Source of the DNA: Camelus dromedarius
Taxonomy: Eukaryota
Direction of reading: 5' to 3'
Assembly (NCBI RefSeq): GCF_036321535.1
Contig: NC_087436.1
Span: 77,998,001-78,062,000, forward strand
Length of the DNA: 64,000 nucleotides
Position numbers and translations under genes: made by a program. A model generated the notes under the pieces. The model did no database searches and was not told where the DNA came from. It worked only from the letters and a program-made list of their open reading frames with translations. How positions within the stretch are numbered: position 1 is the stretch's first letter; every line of letters begins with the position of its first letter. Below, piece after piece: positions 48,170 to 60,654 of this stretch.

Positions 48170-49365
48170 AGTGAAGTGAATAGACAAGGTATTCATAGGC
48201 ACCCACGAGGTTTATGGACCATCCAGTCCTGGCATGAGCCATGCATTGTGCCACACCTTGAGGAAGACCAGATAAGAAAAGGGCTTCATCATTAAGAGGA
48301 GGCAGAGATGCAAGCAATTTCAACCAAGTGAGAGCACTGCTGTAATAGAAAACACACAAAGTACAGCTGTAATTCAGGTTAAAATACAGGTTGTAGGAGG
48401 GGCAAATGAGAAGTAGAAGTGAATTTTACAAAAGAGGAGGGGATTCGGCAGGAAGAAGTAGAAGGAACAGCACGCACAGTGGCAGAGTCATGAAGTAGAG
48501 AGTGGAGTGTCAGGTTTGGGGTGGTGAGTAATGGGAGCTGAGGTCAGGGGCAGGGGAGTATGTCACTCGCGCCTCACTCTACTATTCAGAGAGACTCAGA
48601 CTAACTCGGCAGTCAGTGGGAAGCCATCTCATCTCTTAGTCAAGTAAGTAACTTGATCACATTTGCAATTTGAAAGGATAACGCTGTACTGATATTGATG
48701 AGATATTGAAAGAAGAAGATGAGAGTGAAGTTAGGGAAACCACTTAGAGGGTTCCTCCGAAGCCAGGTGAGAGATGACGGGGGCCTGAGTGACAGCGATC
48801 ATGATAGGGAAGAAGAGGGTGAGACATAAGTGTTTAGAGCCATCTGAATTGGGTGGCTGACTGGATGGATGAGGGAGGGGGAAGAATCGTGGCTGACACT
48901 CAGGTATCTGGCTTGGATTGCTGGGTAGAAGGTAGAGCATTCACTGAGAGAAGAACAGAACATTTGCAGAGCAGTGGAATCAGAAGATGGGAAAGAGAAG
49001 TTAACCAGTTTAGTTTCGAGCATGTTGAGCAAATGAAACAAGAAAATAAAGTACATTGCTCAAGGAGAGAGAGCTGATTTTTTTCAGTGCACCAGGAAGG
49101 AACAATGGGGAACACAGAATTGGAGGTATTACTGAAAGAAGATGAAATAGCGAAAAAGACTGAGAAGGTCAGATGAGAATTAGAACAGTAAGCTCTCATA
49201 AAAGCCAAGAGAGGAACAACTTTTGAGAAGAGGTCAATTGAGACAAGTTGGCGAAGAATTGAAATGTACTCTGGGTTTAGCAATTAGGATTTTCCTACTG
49301 ACCTTGGCAAGATCACTCTCACCGGTGTAGTAAAGGAAGGAAACCACTTCCACGCCACAAAGCTT
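48170..49365 (-). mobile_element. L2 fragment (about 1.2 kb)
   Basis: Colinear L2 blocks: cagtgggaagcca, caggtgagagatgacgggggcctg, gctgacactcaggtatctggcttgg, ccagtttagtttcgagcatgttgag, tttagcaattagg...tgaccttggcaaga. Confidence 0.85.
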
Positions 49366-49376
49366 GAGTGAAAACC

Positions 49377-49413
49377 TTCTCTCTCTCTCTCTCTGTCTCT
49401 CTCTGTCTCTCTC
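49377..49413. repeat. (CT)n/(CTGT) microsatellite
   Basis: Seen directly. Confidence 0.9.
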
Positions 49414-50669
49414 TTTTCTTCTATTTTGTTTTAATCTCCACATGTCTCTTATCTGTGATTCTCTTTGAAAGTCCTTAGTGTAAAAATTGCAGTTTCTGCC
49501 TTTTGCAAATGAATAGAGCTTTTTAGGATTTATTCTGTAAGCAAACATCTTTTAAGGTAAAGTTGAATTTTGTCACTAAGCTGTTCGTTAGAGAGGTTTC
49601 AGAAGGCATATAATGAAAAGGCATACCTGAACCCAGGTAATTTGAAAACAGTGATCTCAGATAAACAAAATGAGAATTTCTTTCACTTCCTTTCTCTACC
49701 ACTTTCCTCTCCTTCTTAATAAGTAGCTAAGATACGGAAAGAATTATGCTTGGTGCTTCGGGCACAAAAATAATGAGTAAGGCACGATCCTGCCCCACCC
49801 AAACCCCCAGACAAGGAGATTATAAGCCCCCGCAAAAAGTCAGACACACAAAAGCCAACCCGAAAGTAAGGTAGGCTGAAATAAATGTGCATAATAGTAA
49901 AAGCAAAGTTTCTTTGGGGGCCCAAATGCAATTCCCCATTGCTCATAAAATCCAGGAAATGACCTTTAAAAACATAGACACAATTGGGGAGTTCATCGCG
50001 CCACTAATTACCTCCCTACTCTTCAGACCATAAACTTTTATGCAATCTGCTCTCCGTTCACCAAAGAGAACAGATGCCATTATTTTACCAGGCACCCTAA
50101 CTGCCTATACGAAAAATTTAACAGGCCTAATTTAGTGGCCAGTGGTGATTTCAGCTCTACCCTTGGCTGTACAGTGATTCTGGCATTAAACTGAACTTGA
50201 ATAATACCGCTTTAATTCTCTTCACTGAGATTGTTAAAGTTCTTAAAATTAAATGCATTGCCTCATGGATGAGTTGAGCACTGAGCCTCCTCCTTCCAGA
50301 GAAGATAAACTGGGACACCCGAATATATGGAAAGGCTTCTGAGGGATACAGTTCTGATCTGAGTAACCTCATGGTGTTCTCTTTGCAGTTCAGTCCCCCT
50401 TTAAAGTTCTTTGTAAAGCAACTGCCTTTACAGGGGCAACCTAACGCTGCCTGCACACGCATTATTTCCCTCTTGTGCAGGGTTGCTATTTATAAAGGGG
50501 CCTTTTGGAAAATGAAAAGCTAAAGGTTGGTTAACTGTAGCCAGAGTGACCCATACTATAAGCCGGGTCATACTTTTTTTGGCATCCTCCTGTGTCCTCT
50601 CAGGAAACTGATTATATTTCAACTAGGAATAGAAAAGAGATCATCCAAATAAATTTTTCACAAAGTCTC

Positions 50670-50885
50670 TCCAGCAGGTGGTTAAGGAATAGGTTCTAGA
50701 GTCAGGCATGCCCAGTTCTGGATGCCAGCTCTGCCATTTACCAGCCTGTGACCTTGAATAAGTTCTCCATCCTTACCAGGCTTCCTTTGTAAAAACGATT
50801 AAATGAGAGACTGGCTATGAAGAACTTAGGTTAGTGCTTGGCAGAGTTCTCAAACAATGGTAGCCATTATAATAATTATCATTGC
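50670..50885 (+). mobile_element. MIR SINE
   Basis: gtggttaagg...ctagagtcagg...ccagctctgccatttaccagcctgtgaccttgaataagtt...gattaaatgaga. Confidence 0.85.
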
Positions 50886-51467
50886 TGTTATCATTTATAC
50901 CAAATTGCCCTGAATTACTGTTTATAGCACACTGCCTCACACATGGAAGGCATTCAATTTCTGTTTATTTCTTCAAGGAAATAAGTGGCTGGCATAGAAT
51001 GCTTAGAATGTAAGATTTCCAAGAGAATCTTCCTTTGGCTTTCTCAAGGTTACCCACAGTATTGGGACTATAGCAAAACTGCATAAATTCTGTATTAATA
51101 CTGCTGATAATTCTATAGAGCTAATTCTCAGAATTTAGTGATATTACGTTTCTCTGATCTATGTGAAGAGAGTACATGTATACTACGCCAGTCTCAGGTC
51201 ATCTTTCTCCCTACGCCCAAGTGGACAAATTAAAGTTTCTTTTAGGGTCAATAACAGACCAGGAAGTATTTTTATTTAGCATTTTTCCATCAAAAGTTCC
51301 ACATGACATTTTTCAACTGGCTTCTGGGAGCGAAACTGAGGCAGTGTTAATGGGAAAATGTCAGCACATCAAGACAAGGAAAGAATAAATAGTAGTTCTG
51401 TAGAATACAAATATGACTCCAAGACCTTTGATAATGGCACAGTCCCCAGTAGCAAGGGTCTGGTGAT

Positions 51468-51513
51468 TGTGTGTGTGTGTGTCTGTGCGTGTGTGCCCGC
51501 GTGCGTGCATGCA
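51468..51513. repeat. (TG)n/(CG) alternating purine-pyrimidine microsatellite
   Basis: tgtgtgtgtgtgtgtctgtgcgtgtgtgcccgcgtgcgtgcatgca. Confidence 0.9.
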
Positions 51514-53304
51514 CTGTTAACAAAACATTTATCTCATACTTTACCATCAAGTGCATCATGATACAAATTTAAAAGTGCAGTAAGTTTTAGTAAGGTAAGC
51601 AATAAAATGTGCACTTCTAATTTGGCAATTAGGATGTAAGTGGTGACCATAAAAAGACTTTTGCTAGAGTATTAGGGACCAAAGCCAGACTCCAGAAGGC
51701 TAGGGACTGAATGGGAGGTGAGGAGGTGAAAGGTTGAGTGCTGTTCAAAGAAGAGCTCATCCTGTCCCTAAGATGGTTTCTGTTTCCTGGTTTTCTGGTC
51801 ATTGACAAATAAATTGATTAATATATCCAAAAAAAGTACATCATGATATATTTGGGCAGTTGGGCCATGTATGTTGTGTTACATATCTCAGCTTTTATAG
51901 ATAAGCTGTAAAGCAAGATCACAGAACAAGAATGATTTTTGTTTAAGTTTGCTGTTTCCTATTTTCTTAGTGTATAGGCATCTACCTGTTTCTGAATTAA
52001 TGAATTTTATAAGCCTAATAAAATATGTTCTATAGATATTAATTGTTCACATTTCACTTATTTCCAGTAGGTTTTGGGAGCCAGAATTGAATAGGTTTCT
52101 ATGCATACAGGAGGACATAAATTGAACTGCCATTGGCATAAGTATATTTGTTTAATCTTATTCCAACTCTTTGGAGTTTATAAAGCCATTTATACAGTCA
52201 TCTTGCCTGTTAGGGATGTTGGGATGGAAAGACTTCTTGTACTTTTGAATCAGGCTGCATTTTTCATCCAGTTGAACTCTTACCAATGGACCTATTGTAG
52301 TAAACGTCAGCCTAGGTTTTGCTTGGGTGGTAGTGAGAATCCAGGAAACCAAATATAAGGGAAATGTACTTTCACCTCTGGTTACTTTAACATTTATAGG
52401 ACAGTGCTAATGGTATTGATTAAAATTTTTTTGTCTTTAGTAGATATAGTAGGTCACTCGCATAGAACACTATTCAACAACCATTGTGAACAAGGGTAAG
52501 ATGAAACTAAACTTCCATATTCATTTAACTGTCAGTGCACAAGCACTACCTGCCTACTATGTGCATGTTATTTTGTCTGCCATTCTGAGGAAAGAGATGG
52601 TGGGAAAAAATGACATGGACTCTAATAACATGTGGTAGCAGTAACAGTCGATGTTTCAGAGGGTTAATTTATTAAGCCAAAATCATAAGTGTTATTTTAT
52701 GTTAATAAAAGGAGAGTGGATCTAGAATGGGGTATGAGGTAACAACTTACTGTTCCCATAAAACCCTGTGTAACAGAGTTATAGCAAAAGCCGAAGTCCA
52801 AGATGATTCCCCAGAGTCCCAGGGAATCCAAACCCACTCCAGATGATGAGAGAATAGAATATTATGCCAAATACCAAAGGATAGTTATAAATTTTCCAAA
52901 CTGATGACAGCACTTACATACAATAAATGTCAATAGAAATGTTATTTGACCAGATAATGGGTGTTTGAGTTTGAATATTTTCAGTAGGAATTTGTTTGCC
53001 TCAGTTCTAAGGAGAATTTCTCGAAAATTCAGGATATGATAGATATCTGTGTTTACTATGTTAGAATTCAAGATGGGGTTCTCTGCTAGGCAGAGTTCTG
53101 TTCATCACCTTATCCTCAGAGCTAGAAGGTAGCCTCTTTATCTCTTCTTCCTCATCCAGGCTTGATTTGGGAGACAAGTGTCAGCAACCCAGCATTTTCA
53201 TCCATTTAACTGATACTTACTGTACCAGGCTCTGCCTTCTACCTACACTGTATGCCAAGTGACTTACCAAAGGGCATGCAGACTACTCTGTCCCCTGTTG
53301 TAAT

Positions 53305-53700
53305 TGTGCACTGGATACCATTGCAGCTACTGTAAAAATGGCCAAATTAGCAGTGATGTAGACAAGATGCAAGTTGATTTCTGTCTTAAGCAATGGCAGT
53401 CTAAACTCAAGCCACCAACAGTTCTATGTTGTTTCTCTGCCATGCTCTCTTGGTCTGAGGTGGCTATTTCAGCTTCTGCCACATTTGTATTCCAGCCAGT
53501 GAGAAGGGCATGCCTTTCCTATGAAGAGCATGACTCAGAAATTGCATCCATCACTTCCATTCACATCCCATTGGCCATAATCTCATCATATGGCTACATT
53601 TAGCTGCAAGGGAGGCTAAAAATGTGCTCTTTAGCTGGGTGGACATAAGCCTAACTAAAACCACCACTATCTTAGAAGAAGAAGAAAACTGATTCCTTAA
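53305..53700 (-). mobile_element. MaLR LTR (MLT1J-like)
   Basis: catcacttccattcacatcccattggcca...atggctacatttagctgcaagggaggctaaaaatgtgctctttagctgggtgg. Confidence 0.85.
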
Positions 53701-56700
53701 CTTCTTTCACCTTGTCACAAAAAGCCCTAGAAGAAAAATACTTGGCTTAATGCATTCGCCTCAGTGTTCAGAAGCTAAATGTATAGAGAAAGAGATCCAG
53801 TCAAATCAGGGACACTCAACCCCGACCCCCAAAATTAAAATTATGTTTATCTATAGTTGTAGCAATTATAGTGGCTTGCTTTGCTCAAAATTTTTATTAT
53901 CTTCTGATTATTCTATTTCTGACTTTGGGTATTTTTTTGGAAGCAGCAGTAGGCCACAGACTAGTCTGTGGGTTGGTTTCTCCATCTTCCTTGGTTACAT
54001 AGAGCCTTAAATATTAAGTATTAGGTCCCAAGGTAGTTCTCATAAAATATGTGCTGTCTATCCAGATGCAGCCATGATAGAATGATGTAAAGTTCAAAGA
54101 TTCTCAATGGGCCATGACTTAGAAGACTATTCTTAAAATGGCCCTTGTTGGCTAAGCTAAATTTTCCTTTGGTAAGAAAAATTCTCCAGTTCTAAAGGAG
54201 CTAAAGATTAATCTGCAAAAAGGGACACCTCTATTTCTTTTCTTCCCACAGATGCCTCCCAACTTTAAAATAAAGCAGCTTTATATTTTTCTGATCCTGA
54301 GTTCACCAGTTCCTTTCTTTTTATCTGTTGTTTATCCAGTTACTTCCACCTAACTCCTCCAGTTTCCCGTTTACTCACCCAGAAGTACAGAAGGCCCAAG
54401 GAGCCTTAATTACTTTCTTAGCCACCCTTCCATTCAAGAACACTGCTATCCTTCAAGGTGGTTTCTCTCTCCATTTCCTCCTAGTCAAATCAAATAATGA
54501 ATTAAATTTACATTTCTTTAGATTGAGGACAAGTTTACCTGTCATCTGAATTCTTCTGAGAAAGACATGTTGGCATAGCCATGGTCATGGACAACCCTTA
54601 ACCCAAAACAGCTCTGTCTGCTTGTGTGTTCTATGCAGTTGTCAGAGGTCACAGCACTTTCCTGGGTTGTTTTGACTTGGTACGATCTGCACAATGCTTT
54701 GCTGAGTTGAACTAACACTTCTTTCAGCCCACTTTCTTGTCTTGTCCATAGCACCAGTGAGAATTTTGTGGGAGAACATGGAAGTTGAATTTTATGTCAT
54801 CTTCTAATGTTACCTATCTCCCTAAGTCCCTGCTTTTGTTTCCATCATTATTCTCTAATCCCCTTTCAATAGTCCACTTTGAATTTGCCATTAATTAATT
54901 GAAATTCTCCAATCCTCCTTGCACTTACTGTTAGCCTGTGCAACCTCTTGGGGGTAACATGTTTACTGTCAAATACATTAAAGTAGTCTGTCTTAATTCA
55001 TTCTCCTGAGTATCTCCTATGAATTACAAAGGAAGTCCTCTAGTTATAACATTGTGGGATTTGGGGAAATAAGTTCATCCTGAGTGTTCACAACACAATA
55101 TTTAGCTGCTGCAAAGGCAAGGAAGACAAAGCTGCCGGGTCATCCCCAGGAAATCCCAAGACACATATTTTTAACATTTGCATTCTTATTTACATAAATT
55201 CATATGCTCCATTCAAAAGGCGCTGACTCCAATTATGTAAAATAAAACAGGAAACCCTTCTTGGTTCGGAGGGTGAATAATCACACATTCCAGGCTTGCT
55301 TGCTGCCAGAGTGAGTTCTCTGGCTTCTCCCTCTCTGCCCCAAGAAGTTTCCCTCCTTTATTCCTACCCTCTAATCATAACGACTCATGAAAAGACTTAT
55401 CATTTACTGGTAAGACTGGAGTTGGCTCCAAAATATTCTTTTCTTTTTTTTCTATTATGAGCTCACATTGGAATCCTCTGTTTTCTGAATGGTGTTACCA
55501 AACCACCTTTCCTCCCCTCTGCCCCTCTTCCCATAATGAGGAAACATTGGTCCTTGGTTCAGCTTGGGGTTCCATAATTTGGGTGATAGAAATTGCATCC
55601 GGGTCCAGCTTGCAGTGTTTTACTCAACAGAAAGTTTCTTGGCAGTGGAAGAGAGTTTGGATTCAGGGCAGATTAACCACAGGTTTCAATTATCCACCCC
55701 CAGTGCTGCCTTCCATTGACCCCTATAATTAAAGCTTGCCTTTCTTACTTTTTTGGCATAATTTTTCCCCTCCAGGTGGATGGATCACAGAGCTGGTTGC
55801 CAAATGAATTCATTAGAGTATTTTACACAAAGTGTGATGAGCCCAGAAGCCAAACTATGGGGAGAAAAGAGAGCAAGAGTATCCTTTGGGAGCAGCCCCA
55901 CTCACCCCAGGGAAGTCCTGGTGTCCCTGCCCAGACAGACACCTCCCTGCTTCCTCTGCCCTGTGGGGAGGGAGACCTCAGGTGCACAAAGCGAAATACC
56001 ACTGAACCCAGAATAGTCATACTGCACTGCACTTCCTTCTGCTCTCTGACAAGCACACCCAAAAGTCACTCTCTACCATTTCTATACTGTTGTTACTGTT
56101 ATCGAAATCAGGTCTAGGAAAACATTGAGTAAACTCAGAACTATTGGATTGAAATGAAATTTAGTCAAAAGACTCCTCTGGGGTTCACTGACTTCTGACC
56201 TCAGCCTTTGAAATGGCTTCTTTCCGTCCCCACAGACAAAGTGGTGGTCTATTCAGAACCAATACAAACAGAGTCAAAATAGGTGAGGCCGGAGGGGACA
56301 GAGGCAGGGACAAGGCAGTGAAATGGAGCTGTTGCCAACACATTCTGTGATGTTCAGGGAGTGTTTTGTTTGCTTGTTGTTTTAATCTTTGGGCCAAAGG
56401 ATACTCCTCTTACTAGGAACTGAAGTCAGCAGAGGGGAAGTGCTGACCTTACTGAGCATGAAGTCCAGAACATCAGTCTCCAGAAGCTTGGGTCGCTCCC
56501 CTTGCTACGCCTGCAAAACGTCAGCAGCGCTGACAGCCCGGGAAGGAGGCTTCCTGTTCAGCCAGGAGTTCACACTCTGCAGAAAGCTGTCTCGGCAGGA
56601 CTTGCCGCCAAGGCAAAATGACCAGGAATTTTTGGGAGAATAGATTCATTTCCTTTCAAAAACTGCAAAAACTCCAGTTCTGCCCACATATATCTAGATC

Positions 56701-57009
56701 TTGGAGAGAAAAGCCCTATTGAAAGAACTTTTGTCTGTTTTTGACTTGTGCTGACAATGACTGTGTTTCATCCTAGTCTTTGGTTTTCCTGTGGTCCGGA
56801 GGTGCACCACTAGCAAAGGACAGGAAGGTGGCTGGTACCCCAGGTAGACTGGTCCTTCTGTTAGGGTTTGCCTGGAAACTGTCCTCGATGTACTCACCAG
56901 AGTTTTGTTTCTCTTCCTAACATGTAACACCCCCCGGCTCCCATTTCTTGACATACACAAATTAATTGAGCGTGTGTTTCCTCTAAGTCTACTATGTGTA
57001 TAGTTTTTC

Positions 57010-57280
57010 ATTTATTCATTCATTCAATTTATTTGCATACTCTGTTGAGTACTTGGATACACAGTGAACAAACTAGGTTAAAAAAATTCTTGTTCTTGTG
57101 AATTTATATTAAATTATTTCATTCTGATGACAGTCCCATGAGGCTGGTACTATTATGGAGCCCTCTTTACAGATGACTTGCTCAAAGCCCCAGAGCCCGT
57201 GAACGGCAGGGCTGGGATTTGAACCCAGGCAGGCTGGCTCCAGTGAGCCCACACTCCTAACTGTTTGGCTCTACACTCCC
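57010..57280 (-). mobile_element. L2 3' stub (about 57010-57110) followed by MIR (about 57125-57280)
   Basis: ttattcattcattcaatttattt...ggatacacagtgaacaaa; ctttacagatga...gggctgggatttgaacccaggcaggctggctcca. Confidence 0.8.
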
Positions 57281-57442
57281 TGGTGGGACTGTGGGTGTGA
57301 GTTCAGGTTTGGAACAGCAGCAGTCTAGGCAAATACCTGTAATTTCTCTTCTAGAGGCAAAGTCTTTCGTTCCACAAGACAGTTTAAATAACAAATATGT
57401 TCGACAGAGGCGGTATGGTGGTTGGATTTCACACGAAGATGT

Positions 57443-58025
57443 TGAAGAGGATCAGAATGTGCCACCCCAAAATATGCCACTTCGGCATAAGGACTATCTT
57501 GAGCCAAAGGCAACTGAGAGATAGCAGATATGGGAAAAGCTCTCTGTCCTCTCCCTTTCTGTCTAAAAGCAGCAGATAAATTTCCCTTTGCAAAGGTAAC
57601 ATACATTTGTAAAGGTGTCTTTCTTTCCCATATCGGGAAGATGACTTTTAATCACCGGAGATAACTCATCTACGGAAGGCACCAACTTGAGTTTACACAA
57701 CAAACCTTACTAAATAACTCCTAATCTTCCATTAATTTCTCCTATATATTTACATCTCACAATTTACCACCCACAGAAGCCCAACCCCCTTTTCCTGTCT
57801 CTTGTCACTGCTCCACAGCTTATCACTCTTTGTTAAAATGGTATGTAAGCCTCAAATACAATTGCTTCTTTGGGTCTTCACTTCTTTTCTCTGAAGGCCT
57901 CCTTATTCATAGTGGTAAACCCTTTCTCCTGTTTATCTGTTTTTTTTTTTTCCAGTTTAATTTGCATCACCCGATGTCCTAAGCCCATGAGAATAGAGAA
58001 AATAGATTTTTTTTCATCCCCTACA
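57443..58025 (+). mobile_element. ERV1 solo LTR, MER34A-like, complete
   Basis: Begins TG (tgaagaggatcagaatgtgccaccccaaaatatgccactt), ends CA (cccctaca); exact 4-bp TSD atgt at 57439-57442 and 58026-58029. Confidence 0.92.
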
Positions 58026-58779
58026 ATGTAAATGACTAAAGGCCACCTCTTTCCTTCTAATAAGTTCTGATAGGCAAGGGAAGGTGAGTCAACGAAATGA
58101 GAAAGCAGGGCACTGACGGGAGTTGGGAAGGACATTATCACGATGGAAGTGCAGGCAGATACTGAGGCAAAGGGATCTCAGATCAACATCACTCAGCTCA
58201 ACATTTTGCCTAGAGCAAATGCCACTAGGGCCAACTAAAGACTTCAAAATTTGGATTTTATCAGCCCCTCTTATGAGATCAATGTGATTATGTCACCCAG
58301 ATAACTCAAGACAAAGAGAAAGAACAGTCAACAGGCTCGAATCATACTGTTCAACAAGAAGTGACTTAATTCTTACTTTGCCAACTGGTTTCTCAATCAG
58401 AGGGCTTGTAAAGCAGATTGGAGTCATGCTGCCGTACATCGAAGGTTTCCATTGCTGGTCCTATAAGAAAGGAAACAGAGAGAGAGAGAGATTTCAGGGA
58501 CTTGGCTGGCTTTCCTGCTGCATGAAACCATTTCCCTGTTTCTCACAAGAGTGCCTCAAGCACTTAAACTTAATGGTTGTCACTTGAAATACCCGAGTCA
58601 GCGTTTTTGCCCAAGCATCTTCAGTTTGCAGTCTGTGCAAACTCATTTAACCTTGTACAGGGGTATATTACAAAACCATTTATGACATTTTGAAGGAATT
58701 TTGACATAAGTGCAGAATATTTTGAGCCTAATCTGTTAAGGTTATCTCCCTAGAACATAGATCAGACTATGTGAATCTT

Positions 58780-59300
58780 TTTTCAAAAAATAACTTGACT
58801 AACATCTCATTACATAAAAACACCGATCACACTTAAACTTCTGGTTTTCGAATCTTTGATTCTATGTGGGATAATGTCCAAAGTTCTCTACTTACTTTTC
58901 AGAATACTCCAAAATGTGTCTCTTCTTCACTTTCTCATTTTAGTTCCAACTCTGTCCCACAGTTTAACCTAAACCTCAAGGCACATTTGGTCAATGTGTT
59001 TTTCTTCAATAGACTCCAATCTGTGCTTTTGTTTATACTGTTTCTGGTTTCTAGAATATTCTTTCCTCAGTATCTGTCTATGATTTCCTACCTGTCCTAA
59101 AAAGCCCAGCTCAGATTCCCTAAGAAACATTTCACTATATTCCTCCACTTCTGGCTAAAGTCAGAATACATTTCTCCCATCACAGGATCCATGTACTATT
59201 ATTAGAGTACTTGTCACTGTCTGCTGGGAAGGTGAGCTACTGAAGACAGGACTCAAGTCTTAATTATCTTTGTGTCCTTCACAATCTAATACAGGTCTTA
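58780..59300 (+). mobile_element. Degraded L2
   Basis: tttctagaatattctttcc...aaagcccagctcaga...gtgagctactgaagacaggactcaagtcttaattatctttgtgtcc. Confidence 0.6.
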
Positions 59301-59305
59301 TGCAT

Positions 59306-59646
59306 TGCTCTGGTCTGAACATTTGTTACCCCCAAATTCATATGTTAAAATCCTAATCCCCAAGGTGATGGTATGAGGAGGTGGGGCTTTGGGGAAATGA
59401 TTTGGGAAGCGAATGGGATTAATGTCCTTGTAAAAGAGGTCCCAGAGAGCTTGCTTGCCTTTTTCTCATGTGAGGATGCAACCAGAATTCTGCGATGTGA
59501 CCTGGAAAAGTGCCCTTACCCAACCGTGCTGGCATCCTGATGTCAGATGTCCTGCCTCCAGAACTGTGAGAAATTAATTTCTGCTGTTTATAAAGCCCCT
59601 CTGCACCACCTCCCCTACCCACCCAGTTTGTGGTATGTTGTTACAG
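59306..59646 (+). mobile_element. MaLR LTR (MLT1A-like), 3' end truncated
   Basis: tgctctggtctgaa...ccccaaattcatatgttaaaatcctaatccccaaggtgatggtat...gcctccagaactgtgagaaattaatttctgctgtttataa. Confidence 0.92.
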
Positions 59647-60640
59647 GTGCTTTCTGCTAGAGTATGCTTCCCATTTTTCAGCTGAATCCTTTCTTTACGT
59701 AGAAACATCCCAGCAGATCGAGCTTTCTCCAACCCTCAGCTCTTATTCTCACTACACAGATTTTTCAATCTCTTTTCAATCTCATTAGAGGAAACATCAA
59801 GAGACTTGTTATTGAAAAAAAATAAAATAAAACTTAACTGCAGGTACCAAAACCCCATAAAATAAAAATGACCTTTAGAAATGAATCAGCAAGTATTGAC
59901 CCATCCCTGCCTCCTGCTGTCCATTAATTGGCCACGTTTCTTGAGTGAAAGAAAGATTTTTCAGTGGTCTTTGCAAAGGGATGGAGTAGGGCCCTCTGGA
60001 ATCTCTACCCCTGCTGTTACTAATTATCTTACTCTGGGCAAATAACTTGTACTTTCGACCAGGGTGGCCCTGCCTGTAAATGTGGTTTGTGTTATTTACA
60101 CACATTTCACAGGGTATTTTGAGACTAATTGTGGAGCTGTCTGTGGCCTGGAAAGGCAAAGCATCACTCCCGGGGAAAAGACCCTGCATTCTGCCCCCAG
60201 GAGAAGCGAGTCAAACCTCCGACTTCTTCCTATGGTCTGGAAATAAGGGTTATGGTTGGATTCCGAGGGATGTGGATTTTTGTCCATTAGGAGTTAAGCT
60301 GAGACCAGCAACTCATTTCACAGGTCATGTTCCAGCCATCAAAGTTTAATTACTACCAAACTCGCTGGCTCAAGTCCCAACCATGTTAGTGAATGCATGA
60401 ATGAAAGTTCCAAAGGATCCAGTTACCAAATTCCACCTTTCAGAGATAAAAAGACACTGAATGGCACCAGGGAAAAAGCCCCAAATATATCATCTGTGAC
60501 TGCAATTTTTTTTTCCCTAATGAAAATAACAGGTTCGGTGTTGACGATGATCAGGACACAGGATTCTGGTTCAAGGAAGTCAATGTGCAGATGCAGAAGA
60601 TGAATCTGAAGAAACCTGCCCTTCCTCTGAGGCTGGTCCA

Positions 60641-60654
60641 GTTGCTATGGCAAC
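60641..60654. promoter_or_regulatory. RFX X-box motif
   Basis: GTTGCTATGGCAAC, one base from the perfect palindrome GTTGCCATGGCAAC, in non-repetitive DNA. Function not shown. Confidence 0.6.
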
